From Tepidisphaerales bacterium (GTDB lineage: Bacteria; Planctomycetota; Phycisphaerae; Tepidisphaerales; Tepidisphaeraceae), in NCBI GenBank assembly GCA_038252525.1, contig JBBSAF010000001.1, forward strand, positions 1 through 28,737: DNA of 28,737 bases, in the 5' to 3' direction. The translations under genes were made by a program, and so were the position numbers. Under the pieces are notes generated by a model that had not been told where the DNA came from, ran no database searches, and saw only the letters and a program-made list of their open reading frames with translations. This document shows, one piece after another, positions 1 to 10,842 of this stretch; positions within the stretch are counted from its first letter, which is position 1; the number at the start of each line of letters is the position of its first letter.

Positions 1-1948
<1,948 letters not shown>

Positions 1949-1952
<4 letters not shown>

Positions 1953-3577
1953 CCTTGGCGCCGCCGCCGGGGCTGCGGTTGCTCATGCTGCTTCAGGCCA
2001 AGGCCGTCGTGCGAAGGGCGTGGCGGGGCGCCGGCACGCTTCGCGGGGGTTTTTTCCTGTTCCTGGCGCTGTTGGTCCTGGCGATGTGGCTCGGGCCGGC
2101 GATTTGGATGCGCGGCGACGCGCCCCCCACCGACCCGCATCGCGTGCGGCTTTTCATGCCCCTGATCCTGCTGGCGTCGTGCGTCACCACCTTGCTGACC
2201 GGATCGTCCGACAGGGCCATCGCCTTCACGCCCGCCGAGGTCGATTTCCTGTTCGCCGCCCCCGTGTCGCGCCGGCAGTTGCTGTTTTACAAGCTCGCCA
2301 AAAGCGCATTCGCCCACGGGCTGATGGCGGCGCCCATGACGCTTATTTTCATGCGTCACGGCGGATCGTGGATCGGCGTTTACCTCGCCATCGCCTTTTC
2401 GCTGGCGCTGGTGCAACTGCTCAACATGGCCGTCCTGCTGACGGCCGAAACCGTGGGCAAACGGCTTTATTCGCGCCTACGGATCGTCGCGGTCGCGGCG
2501 ATGGGCGCGTTGGTGGTCTGGGCGTTCATGATCGCCCTGGCCCGGCAGACCGGCGACGCCCGCGCCATGCTTTCGGCGTTCGTTGAATCGACTCCCGGGC
2601 GCATCGCGTTGGCGCCGTTCGCGCCATTCGCCTGGACCCTCACCGCGACCGGCGTCGGCCAACTCGTCCTCGCCTTGGCCGGGTGTGCCGCGGTGCTCGG
2701 CCTGCTCGTGGGCATCATCTTCCATCTTGACGCCGACTACCTCGAGGCGTCCATCGTCGCCGGACGCAGGGCGGCCGAGCGGACCCGCCAACGTCGATCC
2801 GGCGGGTGGATGTCCACCCGCGGCGCGGCGTGGCGCAACCTGCCGATGTTCCCCCGCCTGGGCGGCGCCGGCGCGATGGCGTGGCGACAGACCCTCAAGG
2901 CCGTCCGCGGCGCCAAGGGATTGCTTATCGTTCTGCTGATCCTCGTCGTCGGCGTTGGTCCGTCGCTGTGGGTGATGCGCGACGGCGGCGGGAGCGCCCA
3001 TCCCGACCTCTTCGGCGGGCTTGTCGCGGCCTTGGCATGGGCGACGGTCTTCCTCTCCGGCACGCTGCGGATGGATTTCCGCGGCGACCTCGATGTGCTG
3101 CCGATGCTCCGGCAACTGCCCATTTCCCCGATGGCGCTGACCCTCGGGCAGTTGGCCGTGCCCATCGCCATATTGACAATCTGTCAGGGCGCGGCGCTGA
3201 CGATGTTGGCCGTGGCGTTTCCGGTGGCGGCCCCGTGGGCGCTGGCGGCGATCGCGCTGGCGGCGCCATTCAACACCGTGGTGATCGGCGTCGAGAACCT
3301 GGTCTTCCTGCTGTATCCCTCGCGGGCGCCGTCCGGACCGGGCGACCTGCAGGGCTTTGGTCGGCAGATCGCGCTGATGTTCCTCAAGGTGCTGGTCGTC
3401 GCCGTCGCGTGCGGGTTGGCGTTCGGCGCCGGGGCTTTGGCGCTGGCGACCAGCGGCCGATTCGCCTTGGCCGCGGTCGCCGCCATTTCGACCCTCTTGG
3501 TCGAATCCCTCGGCATCGTGGCGCTGGTGCGATGGGCGTTCGTTCGGTTCAATCCCTCCGCCCACACCGCCGCGTGA
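1949..3577 (+). CDS. Putative ABC exporter membrane subunit (ABC_export-like), 542 aa
   Basis: ATGA overlap with the ATPase gene. Two bundles of TM helices, each preceded by a F(T)PAEVDFLFAAP-type or DLDVLPMLRQLP-type loop typical of ABC-2-associated permeases. Confidence 0.85.
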
Positions 3578-3716
3578 ATGCGCGGGGATCGAGCCGCACA
3601 CCATGAATCCCGGCGTTTTGCCCATTCCCACCCACGCCCGGCCGGGTCTATATACGAGGCCATGCCCGACGGGACGCGCGTCCCGGGGTTTCGATCATCC
3701 CCAACCGGGAGTCATC

Positions 3717-4223
3717 ATGGACACGCTCAGCGACCTGCTCAAAGATGAGCTCAAGGATCTATACAGCGCCGAAAACCAGCTCATCAAGGCCCTGCCCAAG
3801 ATGGCAAAAAAGGCGTCGAACGCCAAGCTGAAACAGGCCTTCACGTCCCATCTCCAAGAGACCGAGGGACACGTCGATCGCCTCAACCAGATCGCCGACA
3901 TTCTCGACCTCAAGCTTGGCGGCAAGAAATGCGCCGCCATGGAGGGACTTGTCGAGGAGGGCAAGGAGATCATCTCCGAGGACGGCAGTCCGGCCGTGAT
4001 CGACGCGGCCCTCATCGGCGCCGGCCAGCGGGTGGAGCATTACGAGATCGCCGCTTACGGCACCGTCCGCGCCATCGCCATGGCCCTCGGACACAACGAC
4101 GTGGCCAAGCTCCTCCAGAAAACCCTCGATGAGGAAGGCGCCGCCGACAAGAAATTGACATCCATCTCCGAAGGCGGCGTCATGGCCGAGGCCAAGGCCG
4201 CCGTCGGCGACGACGATAAGTAA
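3717..4223 (+). CDS. YciE/YciF-family ferritin-like protein (DUF892), 168 aa
   Basis: Motifs DELKDLYSAENQL, HLQETEGHVDRL, CAAMEGLVEEG, QRVEHYEIAAYG and LDEEGAADKKL are present, with a GGGAG RBS. Confidence 0.93.
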   Translation: MDTLSDLLKDELKDLYSAENQLIKALPKMAKKASNAKLKQAFTSHLQETEGHVDRLNQIADILDLKLGGKKCAAMEGLVEEGKEIISEDGSPAVIDAALIGAGQRVEHYEIAAYGTVRAIAMALGHNDVAKLLQKTLDEEGAADKKLTSISEGGVMAEAKAAVGDDDK

Positions 4224-4257
4224 CGGTGGCTCGACGACTTGCGACCGGCTCAGACCG

Positions 4258-4298
4258 CGCCGGCGCCGATGCGACAATCCGTCGCGTCGGCGCCGGCG
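4258..4298 (+). terminator. Strong 18-bp stem-loop downstream of the ferritin-like gene (terminator or REP-like)
   Basis: CGCCGGCGCCGATGCGAC-AATCC-GTCGCGTCGGCGCCGGCG forms a stem with one G.U pair. Only a weak U-tract (TTCTC) follows. Confidence 0.5.
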
Positions 4299-4343
4299 TT
4301 CTCATCAGCTCGCCGTGGCGCCGAGTTCGCTTCAATCCCACCC

Positions 4344-4637
4344 ATGCTTCAACTCAATCCCCCCTTATCGCGCGTCGTGGTCGGCGGCCCGGGTTGGGAT
4401 GGCCCCACCGGCAAAGGCGTGGCCAACCTCATCGAACCCGGCCACCGCGACGAGGACATCATCTGGATCGTCGATATGGATGAAAACGGCCAAACGTGGT
4501 GCGTCCCCAACCGCTACGTCCGCGCCCCCCGAAACATCACCTACGGCCGAAAAACCGAATCGCCCACCCAAGCCCGCAACGGCGAAAATGGTCCCCCCGT
4601 GCCGTCGCGCAGTTGCGCAGAAGGACTGAAGCGATGA
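4344..4637 (+). CDS. Small hypothetical protein, 97 aa (MLQLNPPL... type)
   Basis: MLQLNPPLSRVVVGGPGWDGPTGKGVANLIEPGHRDEDIIWIVDMDENGQTWCVPNRYVRAPRNITYGRK has coding-like codon use. From memory it resembles a family of small uncharacterised proteins with LQLNPP...W...W.VPN..VR...N.T.GR. The RBS is not clear. Confidence 0.7.
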   Translation: MLQLNPPLSRVVVGGPGWDGPTGKGVANLIEPGHRDEDIIWIVDMDENGQTWCVPNRYVRAPRNITYGRKTESPTQARNGENGPPVPSRSCAEGLKR

Positions 4638-4642
4638 TCGAG

Positions 4643-4781
4643 GTAGTTGGCAGTTGGCAGTTGTCAGGGGGTGGTTGGCGGTTGACGGCAATTCGTTGCC
4701 CCACGCTCAACGCACAACTCACAACCCGCAACCCGCAACCCGCAACTCTTAACGTACAACTTGCAACGTACAACTTACAAC
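4643..4781. repeat. Period-7 inverted heptamer array between convergent genes
   Basis: Left arm has 6 nnnGTTG units (4643-4684), then the mini-hairpin GGCAA-TTCG-TTGCC (4687-4700). Right arm has 11 (C/T)AACnnn units (4708-4781). Confidence 0.9.
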
Positions 4782-4800
4782 CTTTTCCTCTCCCTCCCCC

Positions 4801-5841
4801 TCACTCCACCACCATTGCATCCCCATAACTGAAAAACCGATACCGTTCGGCGATGGCGATGTCGTAGATACGGCGTTGCTCGGCCAACCCGACCTTCGCC
4901 GCCACCAGTGCGATCAGGGTGCTGCGCGGCAGGTGGAAGTTGGTCACCAGCGCCCCGACATGCTTCCACGAATAAGGCGGGCGGATGAAAATGTCGGTGT
5001 CGGCCGATCGGGCGATGAACGCCGCATCCGCAGGTTGGCTTTCCAGAACACGGGCCGAGGTGGTGCCCACCGCGACGATGCGACGGCATTGGGTTTTCGC
5101 GCGATTGAGCGCGTCGGTCGCCTCCGACGAAATGTCATACCCCTCGCGGTGCATGACATGATCCTCCAAATTCGCCGACGAGACCGGCTTGAAGGTGCCG
5201 ACGCCGACATGCAGCGTCACGAACGTCCGCTCGATCCCGCGGCGATCCAATTCATGGAGCAATTCCGGCGTGAAATGCAGCCCGGCCGTCGGCGCCGCCA
5301 CCGATCCCGGCGCGCGGGCGTAGACCGTCTGATATCGCTCGGCGTCGTCGGCATCGCGCGGATCGGCGCCCTTGTCGCGTCGAATATACGGCGGCAGGGG
5401 TATGCGCCCGACGCGATCCAATACCGCGAGCGCCGACGCGTCGGTCTCGACCGATAACGCATATTCCCCCCCGCCCAAGGGCTCGATCACGGTCGCCGAG
5501 AGCGATTCGTCGCGCTCAAACACCATCGCCCGTCCGACATGCAGGCCGACATTCCGCAGCATGACCCGCCAGGCGCCGAGACGGATTTCCCCGAGGAAAA
5601 GCCCCTCGATCCGCCCGCCGGTGTTTTTTCGCAACATGAACCGCGCGCGGATCACGCGGGCGTCGTTGAACACCAGCAAATCCCCCGGCCTCAGCAGCGC
5701 CGGCAGGTCCGGGAATGTCCGGTGCCCCACCGCCTTGGTCGCCGAATCGTAATGCAGCAGGCGCGACATCCCCCGGCGCTCGGTCGGCGACTGCGCGATC
5801 AATTCCGGGGGCAGATGGAAGTCGAGCTCGTCGGTGCGCAT
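4801..5841 (-). CDS. queA: S-adenosylmethionine:tRNA ribosyltransferase-isomerase QueA, 346 aa
   Basis: Motifs DFHLPPELIAQ, LLVFNDARVI, PLPPYIRR, YQTVYA..PGSVAAPTAGLHFT, TLHVGVGTFKPV, VGTTSARVLES, LVTNFHLPRSTL and YRFFSYGDAM are all present. Confidence 0.98.
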   Translation of the reverse strand: MRTDELDFHLPPELIAQSPTERRGMSRLLHYDSATKAVGHRTFPDLPALLRPGDLLVFNDARVIRARFMLRKNTGGRIEGLFLGEIRLGAWRVMLRNVGLHVGRAMVFERDESLSATVIEPLGGGEYALSVETDASALAVLDRVGRIPLPPYIRRDKGADPRDADDAERYQTVYARAPGSVAAPTAGLHFTPELLHELDRRGIERTFVTLHVGVGTFKPVSSANLEDHVMHREGYDISSEATDALNRAKTQCRRIVAVGTTSARVLESQPADAAFIARSADTDIFIRPPYSWKHVGALVTNFHLPRSTLIALVAAKVGLAEQRRIYDIAIAERYRFFSYGDAMVVE

Positions 5842-6076
5842 CGACGTGATTTCACGCCATTCGACGCCCCGCCGCAACACCCCCCGCCGGCGATGTGGCT
5901 TTGGGGCATCATCCGGCATAATCGGAAGCGCGGGGCACGTCCGATCAAATAGCGATTATCGACGTTTTCTCGGCGTTTTCATTGGATTCGGTTCCCGGCT
6001 CCCGGCGCGGAAACCGCTTTGCTCATGCCCAGGCGTGGGATTGGGCGAATCACAAATTTCCCTCATCACCGCCTCG

Positions 6077-6475
6077 ATGGACTTGGCGGTGGTGCGAATG
6101 CTCCGCGACGCCATCCGCACCACCGCGGCGGCCGCCGGCGGCGGCGGTGCGGGCTCGCCCCTCTCGCCGGTTGATCGCTTCGAGCAGCGCGCCACGCAAC
6201 ACCCCGCGCCGAGGATCGCCCCCCGCCCCGTCATTCATACCACCCCCCGATTCCAGCCACGCCAGATATTGCGACCGGCGCCGGTGTTCCAGGACGCCAT
6301 CAACCCGCCGTTCGAGGCCGAAACCCCCGCCGCGCGGCGATGCGGTCCCTTCGAGCCGGTGTGGAAAAAACTGCCGCCGATCCCGCCTCGAAATCCCCCC
6401 GCGACGGTGGTAAAGGCGGTGCAACGTCCCACCGATATTCTTCATAAGGGAACGCTGATCGACTTTTTCGTTTAA
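6077..6475 (+). CDS. Hypothetical Pro-rich, likely disordered protein, 132 aa
   Basis: ORF divergent from queA, with an Ala/Gly stretch, Pro-rich body and C-terminal KGTLIDFFV. The start codon is uncertain. Confidence 0.55.
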   Translation: MDLAVVRMLRDAIRTTAAAAGGGGAGSPLSPVDRFEQRATQHPAPRIAPRPVIHTTPRFQPRQILRPAPVFQDAINPPFEAETPAARRCGPFEPVWKKLPPIPPRNPPATVVKAVQRPTDILHKGTLIDFFV

Positions 6476-6510
6476 GCCGATCCATTTTCCCCTTGCGAGG
6501 AGTGTGGCGG

Positions 6511-6732
6511 ATGTTGGCTTCCCATCAGCTCGAGCGATTGATGTGCCTGGTCGCCTCGATGCAGCGCGACGCCCTCGTCGAGCAATTCCGACACTACCGC
6601 GCCAACTTCCCCCTCGATTTCTCCGACGAGTTCCTCCGCTCGACCTCCCTCGATCGCCTGCGCCACATTTTCGTGGCCGTCTGCATCCAGTCCAAACGCC
6701 TCCCGGCCGACGCGCTAAGCCCCGCCGCCTGA
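6511..6732 (+). CDS. Small hypothetical helical protein, 73 aa
   Basis: GAGGAG RBS at 6497-6502. MLASHQLERLMCLVASMQRDALVEQFRHYRANFPLDFSDEFLRSTSLDRLRHIFVAVCIQ has strong GC3 bias. Confidence 0.8.
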   Translation: MLASHQLERLMCLVASMQRDALVEQFRHYRANFPLDFSDEFLRSTSLDRLRHIFVAVCIQSKRLPADALSPAA

Positions 6733-6745
6733 CAACACCCTGTCA
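6730..6745. promoter_or_regulatory. Palindrome TGACA-N6-TGTCA, candidate transcription-factor site
   Basis: TGACA acaccc TGTCA lies 30 nt upstream of a -35 box. The same motif recurs at 13714-13729. Confidence 0.4.
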
Positions 6746-6775
6746 TCCCCCCCCGGGTTTTCGCCAAACTTTGTC

Positions 6776-6805
6776 TTGCCCGCGCTATCGTCTCGGCGGT
6801 ACCAT
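6776..6805 (+). promoter_or_regulatory. Sigma70-like promoter TTGCCC-N18-TACCAT
   Basis: -35 at 6776-6781 and -10 at 6800-6805, upstream of the 6875 gene. Confidence 0.55.
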
Positions 6806-6874
6806 GCGCAGGTGATCCGCCGGCGGGGCATTCATATCCGCCTCCGCCGGAAGAACCTCGACCGGGGACGGGCC

Positions 6875-7357
6875 ATGACCGCGCAACGCGCCCTGCCGAA
6901 GATGCCGGAACTCGGACATCCCGAGTCCTATTACGCCCATCGCGTTCACGACGCCGACCGGCATGGCAACGCCCACGCCCACGAGGCCCACAAGGTCGGG
7001 CAATACATCACTCTTGCCATGAATCCCGTCCTCTCGTGGGAGACGAAGATGAAATACTTCGGCCACGCCCTGAAGCGCCATTGCGTCCCCCCGCCGCTGC
7101 CGGATGAGGAGATCTGGATGTTCTACCGCGACTTGGCGAATTTGGTGCGCGAGAACGCCGGCCGGGAGGCATTGCGTCTGGCCAGCCTCGAGGACGACCT
7201 CTACGCCGCGCGGCTGGCGATGGGGCAGACCAAGGAAAAAATCGAGGATGAGGCCGAAGTGTTCTTCGGAAGATTGATCGAATCGGACCCATGTCCCCCG
7301 TGGTTCAACGAGGGGGATTGGCAACAGCTGAAGTTGATCCGCGATCAGTGGATATGA
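6875..7357 (+). CDS. Hypothetical protein with His-rich N-terminus, 160 aa
   Basis: Long ORF with strong coding bias and an upstream promoter. The segment GHPESYYAHRVHDADRHGNAHAHEAHK holds 7 His. I recognise no family. Confidence 0.85.
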   Translation: MTAQRALPKMPELGHPESYYAHRVHDADRHGNAHAHEAHKVGQYITLAMNPVLSWETKMKYFGHALKRHCVPPPLPDEEIWMFYRDLANLVRENAGREALRLASLEDDLYAARLAMGQTKEKIEDEAEVFFGRLIESDPCPPWFNEGDWQQLKLIRDQWI

Positions 7358-7439
7358 TGGCGGTCGCCGGTGCGACAGCGACCGCTGACCAAAGCGGGAG
7401 CCAGACGCCTCCGCCACGGATCGCATCGGACGCGCCAAC

Positions 7440-8159
7440 CTACCGCCGGTCGCCCATCACTCGCAGCATCAGCAGGAACAGGTTGATGAAATCCAGATAC
7501 AGCATCAGCGATCCGACGATGGCCATCCGCGACGCCATGGCCGCGTTGCCTTCGACTTGATACGCCAATTTCTTGAGCTTTTGCGTGTCATACGCCGTCA
7601 AGCCGACGAAAATGAGGATGCCGGCGTAGGTCACCAGCCAATACAGCATCGAGCTGGCCAAAAAGATGTTCACCACGCTGGCGAGAATCAGCCCGATCAA
7701 CGCCATGAATAGGATTCCGCCCAGCCCGGTCAGGTCGCGTTTGGTGACGAACCCGTAAAGGCTTGTGATGCCGAAGGTTCCGGCGGTCACGGCGAACGCC
7801 CCGCCGAGCGCCGGCAGTTTGAACATGATGAAAATGCCTGCGAGCGTCGCGCCGTTGAGGGCCGCGTATAACAGGAACAGCGCCGTCGCCAGCGTTCCGC
7901 CGACCTTGTTGACCGCCGCGCTGATGATGAAGACCAGCGCCAGTTCCACGATGATGAGCAGCCAGATCGACTGCCCGACGAGTTTCAGCGCCGGCGGCGA
8001 CTGGGATACGTACCACGCCACCACCGCCGTCGTCGCCAGCCCCACGCACATCCAGGCGTAGACGGTGTTCATGAAGCGGAAGACCACCGACGAGCCGGCG
8101 CCGGAATAATCCAGCTCGACCGGGCGGCGGGTTTGCGACGGATTGGGGAACATGCTCAT
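7440..8159 (-). CDS. Bax inhibitor-1 / YccA family membrane protein, 239 aa
   Basis: About 7 TM helices with motifs FMNTVYAWM, YGFVTKRDL, LTAYDTQKLK and the C-terminal SLMLYLDFINLFL. Confidence 0.95.
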   Translation of the reverse strand: MSMFPNPSQTRRPVELDYSGAGSSVVFRFMNTVYAWMCVGLATTAVVAWYVSQSPPALKLVGQSIWLLIIVELALVFIISAAVNKVGGTLATALFLLYAALNGATLAGIFIMFKLPALGGAFAVTAGTFGITSLYGFVTKRDLTGLGGILFMALIGLILASVVNIFLASSMLYWLVTYAGILIFVGLTAYDTQKLKKLAYQVEGNAAMASRMAIVGSLMLYLDFINLFLLMLRVMGDRR

Positions 8160-8296
8160 GATCGAATCTCCACAAAACCTTGGTTAGACCGAATCCTACG
8201 CGCGAACCGCCGGGTTCGCCAATGGAAAACGGGCGCATGTTTGGAATCGACACGGACGATCTTCGCTCCGATGCGTTCCGCCCCCCCCCGACGCGA

Positions 8297-8923
8297 TCAC
8301 CGCGTCGGCTCGATCACGCCGCCGGCGATTCGGCCGCCGCTGTCGCCCGACGGCTGGCTCTTCAGGTCGTCGGCGCCGCTGTGGATGATGACGGACTTGC
8401 CGATCACATCGGTCTTGCCCGATCCCAGCGTGATGCCGGAAAGCATCCACTCCTTGTGAACCTTGCCCTGTCCATCGGCGGTGATGTTGCCCAGGTCCCC
8501 GGCGTGATGCTTGGCATCGTCCGGGCCGGCGTGCGGCATGTTCGTCGGATTGAAATGTCCACCGGCGCTGGACAGATCCGGCGCGCTCAGATCGCCGGAC
8601 TCGTGGAAATGGATTCCGTGGATGGAGTTGGGTTTGAAACCCGCCAAATCCGCGACCACCCGAACTTGGGCGCCGGCCCGATGGAAGGCGATCGTCCCGG
8701 TGACGTTCTCGTCCTTGGTCGCCTTCTTGGCCGGTCGAATGGTCGCCATCGCCATGGGCGCCGCTTCAACCGCTTGGGCCATTGGCCCGGACTGGCGGGC
8801 ATCCGGCGACGCCATCGCACCGGACGAGGTGCCCTTGTCCATTTTCGGCGCCGGCGTGTTGTCATGGCAGCCGACCAGCGCGAAACCGAGTGAAAGCGAC
8901 AGAGCGGCGGTGGAAAATCTCAT
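8297..8923 (-). CDS. sodC: Cu/Zn superoxide dismutase family lipoprotein, 208 aa
   Basis: Lipobox LVGC, metal-ligand motifs HGIHFH, SAGGHFNP, PHAGP, HHAGDLGN and IIH, and the catalytic Arg in SGGRIAGGVI. Confidence 0.92.
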   Translation of the reverse strand: MRFSTAALSLSLGFALVGCHDNTPAPKMDKGTSSGAMASPDARQSGPMAQAVEAAPMAMATIRPAKKATKDENVTGTIAFHRAGAQVRVVADLAGFKPNSIHGIHFHESGDLSAPDLSSAGGHFNPTNMPHAGPDDAKHHAGDLGNITADGQGKVHKEWMLSGITLGSGKTDVIGKSVIIHSGADDLKSQPSGDSGGRIAGGVIEPTR

Positions 8924-9047
8924 GATAGGTCCCAAAAATGAGGCCCGGTGAACCGCCGGCCCGACGCCGACGTTCCATCCACCCTATCCATCCCCCCCGC
9001 CGGGGACAGCGCCCAAAATCACCCCGTTGCCGATGACAGGGGTGAGA

Positions 9048-10772
9048 TCACGGGCGGCGCACCCACACCTCGAAGGGTTTGTCCGCCCAGGACAGCCGCG
9101 CCACCATCGGCTGGATCGGCGCCGACTGCGGCAATAGGTCATAGCCTTCCAGCGGCAACGCCGACTCCCCCGGCGCGTCCACCGCGCGCACGATCAAATC
9201 CGGCCGGGTTCGGCCCCACCGACCGCTCCTCGGCAACAAAATGATCTGCCAATCGAACAGATCCACCGGCGGCAACGAATAAGGCGCCGGCTCGGCCAGC
9301 ACTCCCAATGTCCGTCCGCCCTGACGATTCAGCCGCTCGAGTTGATCGGCCCACTCGATCCGGCCGGGCACCGATCCCGCATCGCGCAGATAGGCTCGCA
9401 CATAGACGGCGCCGAATACCGCCGTGGTCGCCAGCAACAATCCATAACAGGCTCCGCGAACCAGTGGTTTGCAGGTGAAACGATCGACCGCCAGTGCCGC
9501 CGCCAGCGCCAACACCATGTCGGGAAAAAGGAAAAACCGCCCATATTCCCCCGGTTTGCCCGCCGCCGTGAGGGCGAATTGACAGCTCAACAGAATCGCC
9601 GGGGCCGCGAGAATCCACCCGTCCGCCCGGCGGGCGGGCCGCGCGTCCGCAGGGCGATGCCTTCGCACCGCCACCCACGCCAAGCCCATCGCCCCCGCGA
9701 TGCCCAGGATCGCCGGGGCGGGGGACATGCCCTCGACCATCAGCCGCGCCGCGCGCGGGATCCCCGCGAGCAAAACGCCATACATCGCCTGCGTGTTGCC
9801 GAGGTTCGACAGCAGCAGCGAGCGGTCGCCCACCAAGTGGATCATCACAAAGGGATTGGTGATGAAATAGGTGATGAACAGCAGCCCCGTCGCCGCCCCC
9901 ATCGCCTGCCATTGGCGCCGTCGCGGGTCCGCGCGGATCAGCGCCATGAGCGGAATGACCACCGCGATCGGCCAGACCGACAGCACCATGCCCACCGCCG
10001 CCCCACAGAGGATGCCCGCGCCGATGCACCATCGCGGCGCCCCGGTGCGGGCGTATCCGATCGCCGCCAGACACGCCAGCAGCATCAGCACCGCGCCCGG
10101 CAGGTGCGGCTTGGCCTCGTGGGCTTGGTTGATGACCACCGGCATCAGGATCACCAGCAAGGCCGCAATGATCGGCGGCCAGCGGTGTTGGGTATACCGG
10201 CGGGTCAGACGATGGACCGTCCAGACGCCCACCAACCCCCACAGCGCGGCGTAGAGCCTCGCCATGACATAGAATCGCCCAAAGGCGTCGGGGTGATCTA
10301 GATAAAACGCCGGGTCGGCCGTCAGATGCAGAAAATCGACCGCCGCGCCCATCCGCAGCATCAACCCCACGCCATAGACCCACAGCCCGCCGTACTGATA
10401 GAGGCGAGGATCGAGGTCGCCGGCGCCGGGGCGCATCCGCGCCAGCGACATCAGCGTGATCATCTCGTCGGGCTGATAGGTGAAAAGCCGGTACCGGCGA
10501 ATGATCTCGGCGCGCTGGGCGTCGGTGGCGTTGAGGACGATCGACGAGTCGCGCACCGTGAGCGGGTTGGCATCCACATCGGCGCCGCGATCGGGCGCGG
10601 CGTCGGCGGGGGCGAGTTGCAGAAGCGAGCGGCCGGTCCACACGGGGCGGTCGCCGAAGAGAAAGGCGTCGACGCGGGCCGACGGAAGGCCCCAATCGAT
10701 CCCGGCCAAGAATACGGTGGCGGCCACCGTCAACAATCCCGTGAGGATCACCGCCCGTCGAAGGAAAACCAT
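9048..10772 (-). CDS. GT-C fold membrane glycosyltransferase (ArnT/PMT-like, GT83/GT39), 574 aa
   Basis: An N-terminal TM is followed by a periplasmic loop with the QPDEM acidic pair, then about 11 TM helices, a HEAKPH motif and a C-terminal soluble domain. Confidence 0.85.
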   Translation of the reverse strand: MVFLRRAVILTGLLTVAATVFLAGIDWGLPSARVDAFLFGDRPVWTGRSLLQLAPADAAPDRGADVDANPLTVRDSSIVLNATDAQRAEIIRRYRLFTYQPDEMITLMSLARMRPGAGDLDPRLYQYGGLWVYGVGLMLRMGAAVDFLHLTADPAFYLDHPDAFGRFYVMARLYAALWGLVGVWTVHRLTRRYTQHRWPPIIAALLVILMPVVINQAHEAKPHLPGAVLMLLACLAAIGYARTGAPRWCIGAGILCGAAVGMVLSVWPIAVVIPLMALIRADPRRRQWQAMGAATGLLFITYFITNPFVMIHLVGDRSLLLSNLGNTQAMYGVLLAGIPRAARLMVEGMSPAPAILGIAGAMGLAWVAVRRHRPADARPARRADGWILAAPAILLSCQFALTAAGKPGEYGRFFLFPDMVLALAAALAVDRFTCKPLVRGACYGLLLATTAVFGAVYVRAYLRDAGSVPGRIEWADQLERLNRQGGRTLGVLAEPAPYSLPPVDLFDWQIILLPRSGRWGRTRPDLIVRAVDAPGESALPLEGYDLLPQSAPIQPMVARLSWADKPFEVWVRRP

Positions 10773-10778
10773 GGCGGC

Positions 10779-10808
10779 AGTGTAAACCGTGTTGCGCGCC
10801 GCGGGCAA
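10779..10808 (-). promoter_or_regulatory. Sigma70-like promoter TTGCCC-N18-TACACT, probably giving a leaderless mRNA
   Basis: -35 at 10808-10803 and -10 at 10784-10779. The ATG (10772) follows after only 6 nt and there is no SD. Confidence 0.55.
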
Positions 10809-10842
10809 GGATCGCCGTCCGTCTGTGGCGGCGGCGTCCCAC

